Positions 8,155 through 18,723 of a DNA stretch of 64,000 bases are shown piece by piece (position 1 is the first letter of the stretch; each line of letters opens with the position of its first letter). Made by a program: the position numbers and the translations under genes. The stretch is from Bacilli bacterium (lineage in GTDB: Bacteria; Bacillota_I; Bacilli_A; RFN20; CAG-826): positions 13,913-77,912 of the forward strand of contig JBGUOH010000005.1 of NCBI GenBank assembly GCA_045117995.1, in the 5' to 3' direction. Under the pieces are notes generated by a model. It had not been told where the DNA came from. It saw only the letters and a program-made list of their open reading frames with translations, and did no database searches.

Positions 8155-9029
8155 TGGCCTTAATTGATTTAATTAAACAATTACGTGATAGAACCGGTGC
8201 TGGTTTAATGGACTGCAAAGCAGCCTTATTAAACAATGGTGAAGATTTAGACAAAGCCACAGACTGGTTAAGAGAAAAAGGCTTAGCCAAAGCCGCTAAG
8301 AAAGCTGACCGTATCGCCGCTGAAGGTCTTGCCTTAACAAAAGGCTGTGCCAAATGTGGTAAATCCGTCGTCATCGAAGTTAACTGCGAAACAGACTTCG
8401 TTGCTAAAGGTGATGCTTTCCGTGAATTAGTTGAAAACACAGCTAAACTCATTTTAGAAAATGAACCAGCCGATGTTGAAGCCGCTAAAGCTTTAGCTAC
8501 AGATTTATTCACAGACGCCACAGTTAAGATGGGTGAAAAATTTGACCTCCGTAGATTTACTCTTCTCAAACAAGAAGAAGGTCAATTCATCTTCACATAC
8601 ATCCACATGGGTGGTAAGATTGCCGTTGCTGTTGTCTTAAACAAAGACGATGCTGAATTAGGTAAAGGTATTGCTATGCACATCGCTGCTAACAACCCAG
8701 CCTACTTAGATACAAACGCTATCGGTGCTGATGCTATCGAACACGAAACCAAGATTCAACTCGAAGCTGCTAAGCAAGATCCAAAACTCGCTGGCAAGCC
8801 AGAAGAAATGCTCAAGAAGATCATTGGTGGTAAAGTTAACAAATACTTTGCTGAAATGGTTCTCACTGAACAACCATACTTACTCGATACAGAGTCTGGT
8901 AAGAAAGTTGGCCAAGTTCTTGAAGAAAAGAAAGCCAAAGTTCTCAAGTATGTCCGTTACCAAGTTGGTGAAGGCATTGAAAAACGTAAAGATGATTTCG
9001 CTAGCGAAGTCATGAGCCAAGTTAAGTAA
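8154..9029 (+). CDS. tsf: Elongation factor Ts
   Basis: 291 aa with a UBA-like N-terminus (LRDRTGAGLMDCKKAL-type). TAATG overlap with rpsB. Confidence 0.95.
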   Translation: MALIDLIKQLRDRTGAGLMDCKAALLNNGEDLDKATDWLREKGLAKAAKKADRIAAEGLALTKGCAKCGKSVVIEVNCETDFVAKGDAFRELVENTAKLILENEPADVEAAKALATDLFTDATVKMGEKFDLRRFTLLKQEEGQFIFTYIHMGGKIAVAVVLNKDDAELGKGIAMHIAANNPAYLDTNAIGADAIEHETKIQLEAAKQDPKLAGKPEEMLKKIIGGKVNKYFAEMVLTEQPYLLDTESGKKVGQVLEEKKAKVLKYVRYQVGEGIEKRKDDFASEVMSQVK

Positions 9030-9045
9030 TTTTAACAATTCAAAA

Positions 9046-9071
9046 GAAGCACCTTTGGTGTTTCTTTTTTT
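9046..9071 (+). terminator. Terminator/attenuator between tsf and pyrH
   Basis: Stem GAAGCACC/GGTGTTTC followed by a T7 tract. Confidence 0.6.
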
Positions 9072-9084
9072 AGGAGGAAAACGT

Positions 9085-9801
9085 ATGGCTTACAAAAGAG
9101 TACTACTTAAATTATCCGGTGAAGCTTTAAAGGAAAATAGCGACGCTATCTTATCCGCAGAAGCTTTAGACAACATGGCCAAGATGGTCAAAAGCATCTA
9201 CGAAAGTGGTGTACAAGTTTGTATCGTTATCGGTGCAGGCAACATCTGGCGTGGTAAGATTGCCAAAGATGCTGGTATGGACCAATTTGAAGCGGACTAT
9301 ATGGGCATGATGGGTACAGTTATTAACGCTGTGGCCTTAGGCGCTAGATTAAAAGTCTTAGGCGTCCCTTCCTTAGTCACAAGCGCAATTGGACCAGTCC
9401 CAGAAGTTAACGTCGCTTATACTCCAGAAATTGCTGATAAAGCAATGAATGAAGGTAAGGTTGTCTTCCTTTCCGGTGGTACAGGTAAACCATATTGCTC
9501 CACAGATACCGCTGCTGCTTTACGCGCAGTGCAATTAAACTGTGATGCCATCCTCATGGGTAAAAATGGTGTGGAAGGTGTCTATGATAAAGATCCTAGA
9601 GTCAATCCTGACGCAAAATTCTTCCCAGAAATCACATTCGAAGAAATGTTAAAACAAAATCTTCAAATTATGGATATATCTGCGATAGAATTAATAAAGG
9701 ATAAAGATATTCACATTTGTGTCTTCAGAATGGCGGCTGAAAACTTTATCGCTGCCGCTAACGGAAAACGCATTGGAACTATCGTTAAAAAAGGAGAATA
9801 A
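9085..9801 (+). CDS. pyrH: UMP kinase
   Basis: Begins MAYKRVLLKLSGEAL; contains GAGNIWRG. GGAGGA SD lies before ATG 9085. Confidence 0.95.
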   Translation: MAYKRVLLKLSGEALKENSDAILSAEALDNMAKMVKSIYESGVQVCIVIGAGNIWRGKIAKDAGMDQFEADYMGMMGTVINAVALGARLKVLGVPSLVTSAIGPVPEVNVAYTPEIADKAMNEGKVVFLSGGTGKPYCSTDTAAALRAVQLNCDAILMGKNGVEGVYDKDPRVNPDAKFFPEITFEEMLKQNLQIMDISAIELIKDKDIHICVFRMAAENFIAAANGKRIGTIVKKGE

Positions 9802-9806
9802 TCACC

Positions 9807-10352
9807 ATGGATGAACTCGTATTAGACATGCAAGAAAAGATGAACAAATCTGTCGAGTCTTTAAAATTCCAATTAACCTCATTAAGAACAGGTAAAGCAA
9901 CACCTAACATGCTCAATGGTATCGAAGTCGATTACTACGGCACAATGACACCAATTAACCAAATGAGCTCTGTTTCTGTTCCAGAACCAAGACAATTACT
10001 CATTAAACCTTACGATAAAAATGACGCTAAAGCCATTATCGCTGCTATCAATAAGAGCGATCTTGGAATTAACCCAATTAACGAAGGTACACAAATTAGA
10101 TTAACAATTCCTCCTCTAACTGAAGAAAGAAGAAGAGAAGTCGTTAAACAAGCTAAGAAATATGGTGAAGATATTAAGGTCGCTATCCGTAATATCAGAC
10201 GTGACTATATCGAATTAGCCAAAGATGATGAATCTTACACAGAAGATTATCAAAAGAAGTTGTTAGAAGACTTAGAAAAAGTCGTTACTGATTCTATCAA
10301 AGCAGTTGACGTTGTCGTCGCTGATAAAGAAAAAGAATTGATGTCTCTCTAG
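9807..10352 (+). CDS. frr: Ribosome recycling factor
   Basis: 181 aa with the typical RRF sequence (LRTGKATPNML, IPPLTEERRRE). Confidence 0.95.
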   Translation: MDELVLDMQEKMNKSVESLKFQLTSLRTGKATPNMLNGIEVDYYGTMTPINQMSSVSVPEPRQLLIKPYDKNDAKAIIAAINKSDLGINPINEGTQIRLTIPPLTEERRREVVKQAKKYGEDIKVAIRNIRRDYIELAKDDESYTEDYQKKLLEDLEKVVTDSIKAVDVVVADKEKELMSL

Positions 10353-10379
10353 TCCTTCAAAAACAAATATTAATAAAAG

Positions 10380-10410
10380 AGCGGTTATTTATTACAAATA
10401 CCGCTTTTTA
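10380..10410 (+). terminator. Intrinsic terminator after frr
   Basis: Stem AGCGGT/ACCGCT with a 14-nt loop, followed by a T-tract. Confidence 0.6.
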
Positions 10411-10439
10411 TGTGTATACTATTTTTAAGTGTTAGTTTT

Positions 10440-11465
10440 ATGAAAGAACGCAAGCCAATATTTCAACCTAATGAATTAAGTAATGCCGCTGTTACGTCTA
10501 TGCGTACAAGAATCATCGCTGGTTTAACTGCAATCGCGATTGTTTTGCCTTTTGTTATCTTTGGTGACTTACCATTCTTTGTCTTTATTTCTATTGTCTT
10601 AGTTTTCGCCATTATTGAAATTATTAGATGCGCTAAAACTAAATATTCCAAAGTTTTGTATGTCGTTTCTTTCTTGCTCGCGTTCCTCATTTTGTTCTGG
10701 AACGTTATTCAAGATATTCCAACGATGACTAGGGATTGGAGAATTTACGATAGCTACGACCAGGTAACGGTTTCGGTTACCATCATGTTTATCGGTATTA
10801 TTCTTACAGCATTCACTGTCATTAGTGATGAAAACTTCACAATTATCGATGGTTGTTTCATCTTCATGATGACGATTATCATTGCCCTAGGTTTAGAAAG
10901 CTTATTATATCTTAGATATATTCCTGTCATTGAACACCATAAAGCCCTTTTAGAAGCTGGAGAAACATATTCGTATTTCAATATGTACGATAACTGTGAA
11001 TCATTCTTCTTCCTTCTTTTCGTGGCTTTAGGTGCTTGTTTAAATGACGCGTTTGCTTACTTCGTTGGTGTCTTCTTTGGTAAACACAAAATGAACCCAA
11101 GAATCTCTCCTAAGAAAACATGGGAAGGTTTCTTCGGTGGTGTTTTCCTTGGTGGTGCATTCTGTGCCGGCTTTGCCTTCATTATGGCCGCAACTGGCCA
11201 TCCATTATTAGAAGGCTTCTTAGATATGGCACATTGGTACCACATCATTGCCTTATCATTCATGATGCCATTAGTGTCCACTCTTGGTGATTTAGTTTTC
11301 TCCTCTATTAAGAGACACTACGAAATCAAAGATTTCTCCAACCTCATTCCAGGTCATGGTGGCATCTTAGACCGCTTAGATTCGATTTTATTTGCTGCAG
11401 CGACTGCCGCTATTTATACAACTATTTTCTTAAGTTCTACTAACGGGAGCCCGATCTTACCATGA
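10440..11465 (+). CDS. cdsA: Phosphatidate cytidylyltransferase
   Basis: Polytopic membrane protein with the CTP-transferase signature (KRHYEIKDFSNLIPGHGGILDRLDS). ATG 10440 lies downstream of the frr terminator. Confidence 0.88.
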   Translation: MKERKPIFQPNELSNAAVTSMRTRIIAGLTAIAIVLPFVIFGDLPFFVFISIVLVFAIIEIIRCAKTKYSKVLYVVSFLLAFLILFWNVIQDIPTMTRDWRIYDSYDQVTVSVTIMFIGIILTAFTVISDENFTIIDGCFIFMMTIIIALGLESLLYLRYIPVIEHHKALLEAGETYSYFNMYDNCESFFFLLFVALGACLNDAFAYFVGVFFGKHKMNPRISPKKTWEGFFGGVFLGGAFCAGFAFIMAATGHPLLEGFLDMAHWYHIIALSFMMPLVSTLGDLVFSSIKRHYEIKDFSNLIPGHGGILDRLDSILFAAATAAIYTTIFLSSTNGSPILP

Positions 11466-12631
11466 TGACCATATGCCTCTTAGGGGCATCTGGCTCAATC
11501 GGCACTCAAACTATTGATGTGATGCTCAAAAATCCAACTGACTTTACTTTAGAGTCTTTTTCAGTTGGACATCAAACAAGAAAAATCCGTGGTATCGTTA
11601 ATCATTTTCCAAAAGTTAAGGCTATCTGTATCCAAGATAAGAACAAATTAGCTTATTTCAAGAAAGCTTACCCAAATATCACTTTCTATTCTGGTGATGA
11701 AGGCTTAAATGAACTTATTAGAAACAGCTCCGCTAAAATGGTAGTTAACGCTTTGGTGGGCTTTGTGGGATTAAAGCCAACAATTACCGCGATTGAATGC
11801 GATAAGATTGTGGCTTTATCTAACAAAGAATCCTTAGTAGTGGGTGGTGAACTCATTAATAAACTTCTCAAAGAAAGAAATGGTAAGTTAGTACCAATTG
11901 ATAGTGAACACGTCGCTATCGCTAAATGTTTAGCGGTTCAAGACACTGATATTGATCAAGTGATTATTACTGCTTCTGGTGGTGCTTTTAGAAGCCTTGA
12001 AAGAGAGCAACTTAAAGACGTTACTCCTGAACAAGCCCTCAATCACCCTAACTGGAAAATGGGCAAAAAGATTACTATCGATAGTGCGTCTATGGTCAAC
12101 AAAGCCTTTGAAATTATTGAAGCCCATTATCTATTTGGTTTACCAATTGATAAAATTGCCACAATTCTCAATTTAAACTCTTACGTGCACTCGCTTGTGC
12201 GCTATAATAATGGCACCTATCGTATGGAAGTGGGCAAGCCTGATATGCGTAAGCCCATTAAGTATGCCTTATATCAAGGCTTAATCAATTACGAAACAGT
12301 CGTCTCTGATGATTTATCTAAAGTCAAAAATACGACTTTCGCGCCTTTTGATGAAAACCGCTATCCGATTGTGAGATTAGCGAAAAGAGTTATCCAAGAA
12401 AAAGGTACCATGGGTGCGGTATTTAACGCCGCTAACGAAGAGGCAGTCTATGCCTTTTTAGACCATAAGATTCCGTTCTTAGGCATTGAAGGTATTATCA
12501 ATCAATGCGTTGAAGAACATCATTTAATCAAAAACCCAAGTTATGAAACACTTAAAGAAGTGGATCAACAAACAAGGGCTAAAGTTAAGAAATTAATCAA
12601 GGAAGGAGAGTATCAAGTATGCAAGTGCTAA
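11462..12631 (+). CDS. dxr: 1-deoxy-D-xylulose 5-phosphate reductoisomerase
   Basis: 389 aa with LGASGSIGTQT, NKESLV, DSEH, HPNWKMG. Start overlaps the cdsA stop (ATGATGA). Confidence 0.93.
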   Translation: MMTICLLGASGSIGTQTIDVMLKNPTDFTLESFSVGHQTRKIRGIVNHFPKVKAICIQDKNKLAYFKKAYPNITFYSGDEGLNELIRNSSAKMVVNALVGFVGLKPTITAIECDKIVALSNKESLVVGGELINKLLKERNGKLVPIDSEHVAIAKCLAVQDTDIDQVIITASGGAFRSLEREQLKDVTPEQALNHPNWKMGKKITIDSASMVNKAFEIIEAHYLFGLPIDKIATILNLNSYVHSLVRYNNGTYRMEVGKPDMRKPIKYALYQGLINYETVVSDDLSKVKNTTFAPFDENRYPIVRLAKRVIQEKGTMGAVFNAANEEAVYAFLDHKIPFLGIEGIINQCVEEHHLIKNPSYETLKEVDQQTRAKVKKLIKEGEYQVCKC

Positions 12632-14100
12632 CGACCATTTTGTATATTCTTTTATTCATCGTCTTCCTTTCAATATTAATCATCGTCCATGAGCTTGGAC
12701 ATTTAGCCGCTGCTAAAGCGTTTAATGTCTATTGTTTAGAATATTCCGTTGGTATGGGACCACTTCTTTTCAAATATAAAAGAAAGAATGGTGAAACACA
12801 GTTCTCTTTAAGAGGCATTCCTTTTGGTGGCTATGTCTCGATGTATGGAGAAGGTGTCCAATTACCTGAAGGAGTGGAAGTACCTGAAACTAGATCGCTT
12901 AATGGTATCAAATGGTGGAAACGCGCCATTATCTTAATCGCAGGCGTCACTATGAACGCCTTATTAGCGTTAACTTTCTTCTTTTTTAGCAATTGCTTGC
13001 CTCAAACAAACATCCCTTACCTTAATCAAATGACGGTTGAAGAGACATCGGTTGCTTATAATGCAGGATTAAGATCTGGTGACGTCATAAAGGTTGATGA
13101 ATGGAAATATTACGATCAAGTCGCCAATACTCAAAGAACATACTATCTCGTTAACAACCAAACAACACTTAATGGTGATGATTCAGTTAAATATGCCACA
13201 TGTTTTAACTTTTCCTCATTAAGTAGCGTAAAAGAAGTCGACTTCTCTAAATTTACATGTTTTTACGAAATTAAGAATGCTGCTGATTTAGGTACCGTGT
13301 ATACAGTCACATACACTGATGGCAATTCATACAAGTTTGTGCTTAATGATGCGACTACAAATAGCCAAGATTCTGAAACAGTTGAATGGAAAACGGATAG
13401 AAATGGCAATTTTATAATCAATGGAACAGTCACAAATATTGTTGATACATACAGCGACAACAAAGTTTCAGTCAAATCTGTTACTAAGACTGTTGTGGAT
13501 AGTCCAATTCCTGATTTTAGCAAATACGTGACCCCAAATTTTCAATACGCGACTGTTCAATTGACAAAAAGAGTGCCTGATTCAAATGGCAAATATGCAG
13601 ATGGCGAGATTGTTACTTTCGACATTAAGCAACAAGACGGAGTAATCTCTTCTTTTGGCTGCTCTTTGCTTTTGGAAACAACACAACTCAATGCTGGACA
13701 AGCTTTTGTTAAAACATTCAAAGACTTTGGTGAATCCTCAGTTCTTTTAGTGAAAGCAATAGGTCAATTGTTTACATCCACTAAAGCCTGGGAGCAAACA
13801 GGTGGCATTGTTGCAGTAGCAGTGGAAACAACCGGTGTTTTACAAAATTTTGGCTTTGCCAAGTTCTTATATGTCTGGGCTTTTATCTCGGTTAACTTAG
13901 CCATTTTCAATCTTCTTCCTTTCCCAGGATTAGATGGTTGGCAGTTATTAGTGACCTTCGTAGAAGCGGCCACGAGAAAGAAGATTCCAGAAAAAGTTAA
14001 AAATATCGTATCCCTAATCGGTTTAGGGTTATTACTCTTACTGATGGGTGTTATCCTTATTAAGGATGTATTCACTTACTTCTTGGTGGTAATGTTATGA
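12619..14100 (+). CDS. rseP: RIP (site-2) zinc metalloprotease RseP/RasP family
   Basis: HELGH near the N-terminus; PDZ-like segment (AGLRSGDVI); NLLPFPGLDGW near the C-terminus. The central region is longer and T/N-rich. Confidence 0.85.
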   Translation: MQVLTTILYILLFIVFLSILIIVHELGHLAAAKAFNVYCLEYSVGMGPLLFKYKRKNGETQFSLRGIPFGGYVSMYGEGVQLPEGVEVPETRSLNGIKWWKRAIILIAGVTMNALLALTFFFFSNCLPQTNIPYLNQMTVEETSVAYNAGLRSGDVIKVDEWKYYDQVANTQRTYYLVNNQTTLNGDDSVKYATCFNFSSLSSVKEVDFSKFTCFYEIKNAADLGTVYTVTYTDGNSYKFVLNDATTNSQDSETVEWKTDRNGNFIINGTVTNIVDTYSDNKVSVKSVTKTVVDSPIPDFSKYVTPNFQYATVQLTKRVPDSNGKYADGEIVTFDIKQQDGVISSFGCSLLLETTQLNAGQAFVKTFKDFGESSVLLVKAIGQLFTSTKAWEQTGGIVAVAVETTGVLQNFGFAKFLYVWAFISVNLAIFNLLPFPGLDGWQLLVTFVEAATRKKIPEKVKNIVSLIGLGLLLLLMGVILIKDVFTYFLVVML

Positions 14101-17100
14101 CGGACAAAATGGTATCTTTCTTAAATCATATCCATATCGAGAATATCGATGCTTTTGATATTGATTTTGAAATGGTCGGTCGCAACCGTTTTAAACGTGA
14201 ACAAGTTGATATGGTGATTGTTAAACAAACGCCGTGGAAATATCACCTTTTAAGACAGTTCCAAGATGGTTTAAATACTTTAACCTATCCATACTTATTA
14301 AGATTCTCTTACGTTGTAAGACCTAATATGGATGACTTATTAAACTTATTTGACGAATGGTATCAAACTTTATATCACATTCCTCATAATCTTCTTTTAG
14401 AACCTCAAAATGAATCCTTGCTTAAGGTGACATACGCTAATGAGGCAGAAAAAGAACAATACCAAAATAGTATTAAAGACTTTAGAGACTTCTTAGATTT
14501 CTTAAACTATGAATTCTCCATTATCGAAGAAGTTGCTCCTCAAGAAGAATTAGTGAACATTTCTAAAAAAGAAATGAAGAAAATCGTTGAGAAAGCTAAC
14601 GCTGAAGCAGAAACTGCTTTAGAAGAAGAAAGTGCAGCGCGTCAAATCAACGACCGTAGTGAAGTTGAAGAGATGATTGCCCAAGAAAAAGCACAACTCA
14701 ACGAAGAAACCGAAGATCAATTATTAAAGCTTGCTCGTCAAAACGCTAGAGAAATGGCTAGAGATAGAGAAAGAGCGAGATTAAATAGACGTGGTAATTA
14801 CGAACCACTTGATAATATCGATGATATTGTGAGAACAAGTGACCACGTTGACTTTCCAGCGAAAGTCTTCTCTGTTGAAATCAATGAATACGGTGAAAGA
14901 AAGAAACTTAATATCGGCTTATTTGATGAAAATGGTGGAGCGATTTACGCAAACTGTTATCAAAACGCCTCCATTAGTGATGAAACAGTTGAAGAAATGA
15001 AGAAGTGGGGCACTAATGTTCGTATTCGTGGTGCTGCATATTATGACGAATACAATAAAGCGATGGCGGTTAAAGCCCACTTTATTGATCTTTTACCACC
15101 AGATGAAATTGAAAAAGACAATGCGGAAGTGAAGCGTGTTGAACTTCACCTACATTCCAATATGTCCACAATGGATGGTATTAATCATATGATCGACTAC
15201 GCTAAGTACGCTAAAGCGTTAGGTCATACAGCGATGGCGATTACTGACCATGCTGTCGTTCAGGGCTATCCAGATGCGCAAGATGCAGGTAAAAAGACTG
15301 GCATAAAGATGCTCTATGGTGTGGAATTCTACATGGTTGATGATGATTTAAAATACATTAAAAACCCATCACCTGTCGAATTAAATCGCGCTAAGTACGT
15401 TGTTCTCGACTTAGAAACAACCGGCTTAAACTGCTACTATGACCGTATTATTGAATTCGGCGCGGTTAAGGTTGAAAACGGTATTGTGACCGAGACAATG
15501 GATATTTTAATCAATCCTGAAATTCCACTTCCAAAGCGTATTGTGGAAATCACTAATATCACAGATAAGATGTTAGAAGGTAAACCTACAATCCGTGAAG
15601 CTTTGCCAAAAATTATTAACTGGATTGGCGATGCAATTTTGGTTACCCATAACGCATCATTCGACTTCTCATTCTTACAACATGCATTAATGAGAGAAAA
15701 TAAGCCAATTATGAATAACGCGGTAATCGATACCCTTCCTTTATCACGTTATTTATTCCCAGAATCTAGAAGTCATACTTTGGGTAGTTTGTGCCGTAAC
15801 ATGGAAGTCGAATATAAAGAAGACGAAGCCCACCGTGCGGACTACGATGCTAAGGTCTTAAATGATGTTTGGCAACCAATGCTCGTTCTTTTAACTAAGA
15901 AGAACCATTATTTAACACATGCTGAATTAGGTAACTTAGAAACACCTAAAGCACTTTTAAAACACATTAGACCAACTCACATTGTTGCTTTAGCAAAGAA
16001 CAAGGCTGGTCTTAAAGCTTTATATAAACTCGTTTCTTATTCCCATATCGATTACCTCGCGGAAGTTCCAAAGATTCCACGTCGTGAAATCGAAAAGTTA
16101 AGAGAAGATTTACTCATTGGTTCCGCTTGCTTTAATGGCGAGGTCTTTAGAAATGCTCAATACTATGGTGATGATGTCTTAAAAGAAACAATCGCTTTCT
16201 ATGACTATATTGAAATTCAACCTTTAGAAAACTACTCATTCCTCATCAATATGGGTGATATGACACAAGAAGAACTCATCACTCACTTAAAAGATATCGT
16301 GAGATGCGCTGATGAAATGGGTAAACCAGTATGTGCAACTGGTGATGTTCACTATGTCACTAAGAAACACAAAGTGTTTAGAGACGTCTATGTCTCTGCT
16401 AAAGGTATCGGTGGTGTAAATCACCCACTCAATCCATATAAACGTAGTAGAATGCCTGAATTCGAGAATCCAGATCAACATTACCGTTCAACTGATGAAA
16501 TGCTTAAATGCATGGAAGAATTCTTAGACAAAGATAAAGCCTACGAAGTTACAGTTACAAATACAAATAAGATTGCAGACATGATTGAACCAATTATGCC
16601 TGTTCCTAACGATCACTTATATACCCCAACCATTGAAAACTGTGAAAACAAGTTAAAGGATATGTGTTTTGAAAAAGCACATCAAATGTATGGTGATCCA
16701 TTACCTGAATACATTCAAACTCGTTTAGAAAAAGAATTAAACGGTATTATTTCCAATGGTTATTCCGTTATTTACTACATCGCTCACTTATTAATTAAGA
16801 AAGCGAATGAAGATGGCTACATCGTCGGTAGCCGTGGTTCTGTCGGTTCTTCTTTCGTTGCGACTATGTCCAATATTACAGAAGTTAATCCATTACCACC
16901 TCATTACCGTTGTCCAAAGTGTAAACACCTTGAATGGACTAAAGAAACAATGCCTGAATATCGTTCTGGTTATGACTTACCAGATAAGGTCTGTCCAGTC
17001 TGTGGTGAACCAATGGTGCACGATGGTCAAGATATTCCATTTGAAACTTTCTTAGGCTTCAACGCTGAAAAGACACCTGATATTGACCTTAACTTCCCAG

Positions 17101-18530
17101 GCGACTATCAATCGAAAGCCCATGACTACACCAAAGTGTTATTAGGCGAAAACAACGTTTTCCGTGCCGGTACTATTGAAACCGTTGCCGAGAAGACTGC
17201 TTTCGGTTTTGCTCGCGGCTTTATTGAAAGAAAAGGCTTAGATGTTGATTCATATCCAAAGGCAAAGATTCACTATTTAGCCTCAGGCTGTGTTGATGTT
17301 AAACGTACAACCGGCCAACACCCAGGTGGCATCGTTGTTGTTCCTACTGAATATGAAGTCTATGACTTTACTCCAGTCCAATATCCTGCTGATGATATGG
17401 ATAGTAGTTGGAAGACAACACACTTCGATTTCCATTCCATCCACGATACAATTCTTAAACTTGACCTTTTAGGTCACGTTGACCCAATGGCGTTAAAGAT
17501 GATGTCTGACTTAACAGGCGTTAAGCTTCAAGATATCCCAATGAATGATAAAAAAGTTCTTTCCTTATTCTCTAGCCCAGAAGCTTTAGGTATGGAACAT
17601 GACTACACTAACGCAAAGACGGGTGCGCTTTTACTTCCTGAATTCGGTACTGAATTCGTTAGAGGCGTTTTGGAAGAAACAAATCCAAAGACATTCTCCG
17701 ACTTAGTTATTATTTCTGGTCTAACCCATGGTACTGGTGTCTGGCAAGGTAACTCCGATGAACTCGTTAAAGCGGGTACCGCAACATTACAAGAAGTTAT
17801 CGGATGTCGTGACGATATTATGGTCTACCTTATTGGTAAAGGCATCCCAAGTAACATCGCATTTATGATCATGGAAGATGTTCGTAAAGGCCGTGGTTTA
17901 AAAGAACAATATGAAGAAATCATGAAGGCAAATAATGTGCCTGCCTGGTATATCGAATCATGTAAAAAGATCAAGTACATGTTCCCTAAAGGCCACGCTG
18001 TTGCTTACGTCACTATGGCGGTTAGAGTAGGTTACTTCAAAATCTACTATCCTTTAGAGTTCTATGCTACCTTCTTCTCTGTCAGAAGTAAGCAATACGA
18101 CATCAAGACCATGATTAAAGGAAAGGATGCCATCATTAGTAAAATTGAGGAATTACGTACTCAACAACGTATTTCTAATGTCAAACTTTCACCAAAAGAA
18201 CAAGAACAATTAAAGACCTTAATCAACGCTCTAGAAATGGTGCAAAGAGGTTATAAATTTGAGAACATCGATCTCTATCGTAGCGATGCCTCTAACTTTG
18301 TCGTTGACTACGAAAATAAAGCGTTAATTCCACCGTTTATTACCATCGATGGTTTAGGTGAAAACAACGCCATCACCGTCGTTGAAGAAAGAAAGAATGG
18401 TGAGTTCTTCTCCAAGGAAGACTTATTAAGAAGAACCAAGCTCACATCCACCAATGTTCAAGACTTAAGTGATATGGGCGTTTTAGATGGTTTAAACGAT
18501 AGCGATCAATTATCACTATTCGACTTCTAA
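14097..18530 (+). CDS. polC: DNA polymerase III PolC-type
   Basis: 1477 aa with a PHP domain (HLHSNMS), an internal DEDDh exonuclease (VVLDLETTGL, HNASFDFSF, HRADYDA) and a polymerase core. ATGA overlap with rseP. Confidence 0.97.
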   Translation: MTDKMVSFLNHIHIENIDAFDIDFEMVGRNRFKREQVDMVIVKQTPWKYHLLRQFQDGLNTLTYPYLLRFSYVVRPNMDDLLNLFDEWYQTLYHIPHNLLLEPQNESLLKVTYANEAEKEQYQNSIKDFRDFLDFLNYEFSIIEEVAPQEELVNISKKEMKKIVEKANAEAETALEEESAARQINDRSEVEEMIAQEKAQLNEETEDQLLKLARQNAREMARDRERARLNRRGNYEPLDNIDDIVRTSDHVDFPAKVFSVEINEYGERKKLNIGLFDENGGAIYANCYQNASISDETVEEMKKWGTNVRIRGAAYYDEYNKAMAVKAHFIDLLPPDEIEKDNAEVKRVELHLHSNMSTMDGINHMIDYAKYAKALGHTAMAITDHAVVQGYPDAQDAGKKTGIKMLYGVEFYMVDDDLKYIKNPSPVELNRAKYVVLDLETTGLNCYYDRIIEFGAVKVENGIVTETMDILINPEIPLPKRIVEITNITDKMLEGKPTIREALPKIINWIGDAILVTHNASFDFSFLQHALMRENKPIMNNAVIDTLPLSRYLFPESRSHTLGSLCRNMEVEYKEDEAHRADYDAKVLNDVWQPMLVLLTKKNHYLTHAELGNLETPKALLKHIRPTHIVALAKNKAGLKALYKLVSYSHIDYLAEVPKIPRREIEKLREDLLIGSACFNGEVFRNAQYYGDDVLKETIAFYDYIEIQPLENYSFLINMGDMTQEELITHLKDIVRCADEMGKPVCATGDVHYVTKKHKVFRDVYVSAKGIGGVNHPLNPYKRSRMPEFENPDQHYRSTDEMLKCMEEFLDKDKAYEVTVTNTNKIADMIEPIMPVPNDHLYTPTIENCENKLKDMCFEKAHQMYGDPLPEYIQTRLEKELNGIISNGYSVIYYIAHLLIKKANEDGYIVGSRGSVGSSFVATMSNITEVNPLPPHYRCPKCKHLEWTKETMPEYRSGYDLPDKVCPVCGEPMVHDGQDIPFETFLGFNAEKTPDIDLNFPGDYQSKAHDYTKVLLGENNVFRAGTIETVAEKTAFGFARGFIERKGLDVDSYPKAKIHYLASGCVDVKRTTGQHPGGIVVVPTEYEVYDFTPVQYPADDMDSSWKTTHFDFHSIHDTILKLDLLGHVDPMALKMMSDLTGVKLQDIPMNDKKVLSLFSSPEALGMEHDYTNAKTGALLLPEFGTEFVRGVLEETNPKTFSDLVIISGLTHGTGVWQGNSDELVKAGTATLQEVIGCRDDIMVYLIGKGIPSNIAFMIMEDVRKGRGLKEQYEEIMKANNVPAWYIESCKKIKYMFPKGHAVAYVTMAVRVGYFKIYYPLEFYATFFSVRSKQYDIKTMIKGKDAIISKIEELRTQQRISNVKLSPKEQEQLKTLINALEMVQRGYKFENIDLYRSDASNFVVDYENKALIPPFITIDGLGENNAITVVEERKNGEFFSKEDLLRRTKLTSTNVQDLSDMGVLDGLNDSDQLSLFDF

Positions 18531-18532
18531 TC

Positions 18533-18609
18533 CGGGAAGTAGCACAGCTTGGTAGTGCGCTCGCTTCGGGAGCGAGAGGTCGTGGGTTCGAATCCCATCT
18601 TTCCGACCA
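18533..18609 (+). tRNA. tRNA-Pro (anticodon CGG), CCA encoded
   Basis: Cloverleaf read by hand: acceptor CGGGAAG/CTTTCCG, anticodon arm CTCGC-TTCGGGA-GCGAG, T-loop TTCGAAT. Confidence 0.9.
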
Positions 18610-18620
18610 TTAGTCAATCG

Positions 18621-18651
18621 CAGTTCGGATTTTTATCTGAACTGTTTTTTA
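18621..18651 (+). terminator. Intrinsic terminator after tRNA-Pro
   Basis: 9-bp stem CAGTTCGGA/TCTGAACTG followed by T6. Confidence 0.8.
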
Positions 18652-18671
18652 TTTGGCGAAACCGGGTTTTA

Positions 18672-18700
18672 TTGTCAATAAAAAGCAAAAATGATAAAAT
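18672..18700 (+). promoter_or_regulatory. Promoter for the nucleotidase lipoprotein gene (TTGTCA-17-TAAAAT)
   Basis: -35 at 18672-18677 and -10 at 18695-18700. GAGG SD lies 8 nt before ATG 18724. Confidence 0.45.
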
Positions 18701-18723
18701 ACAACCAAATTGAGGCAAATAGT

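Noticed and set aside
8069-8569. 166-aa ORF antisense to tsf. Similar long antisense ORFs occur at 265-525, 3916-4206, 4327-4662, 30831-31277, 35779-36237, 40302-40676, 44213-44602, 46298-46645 and 62450-62845.
   Set aside because: All lie fully inside well-supported genes on the other strand. They have no SD or promoter and have low-complexity or biased composition, which makes them shadow ORFs.
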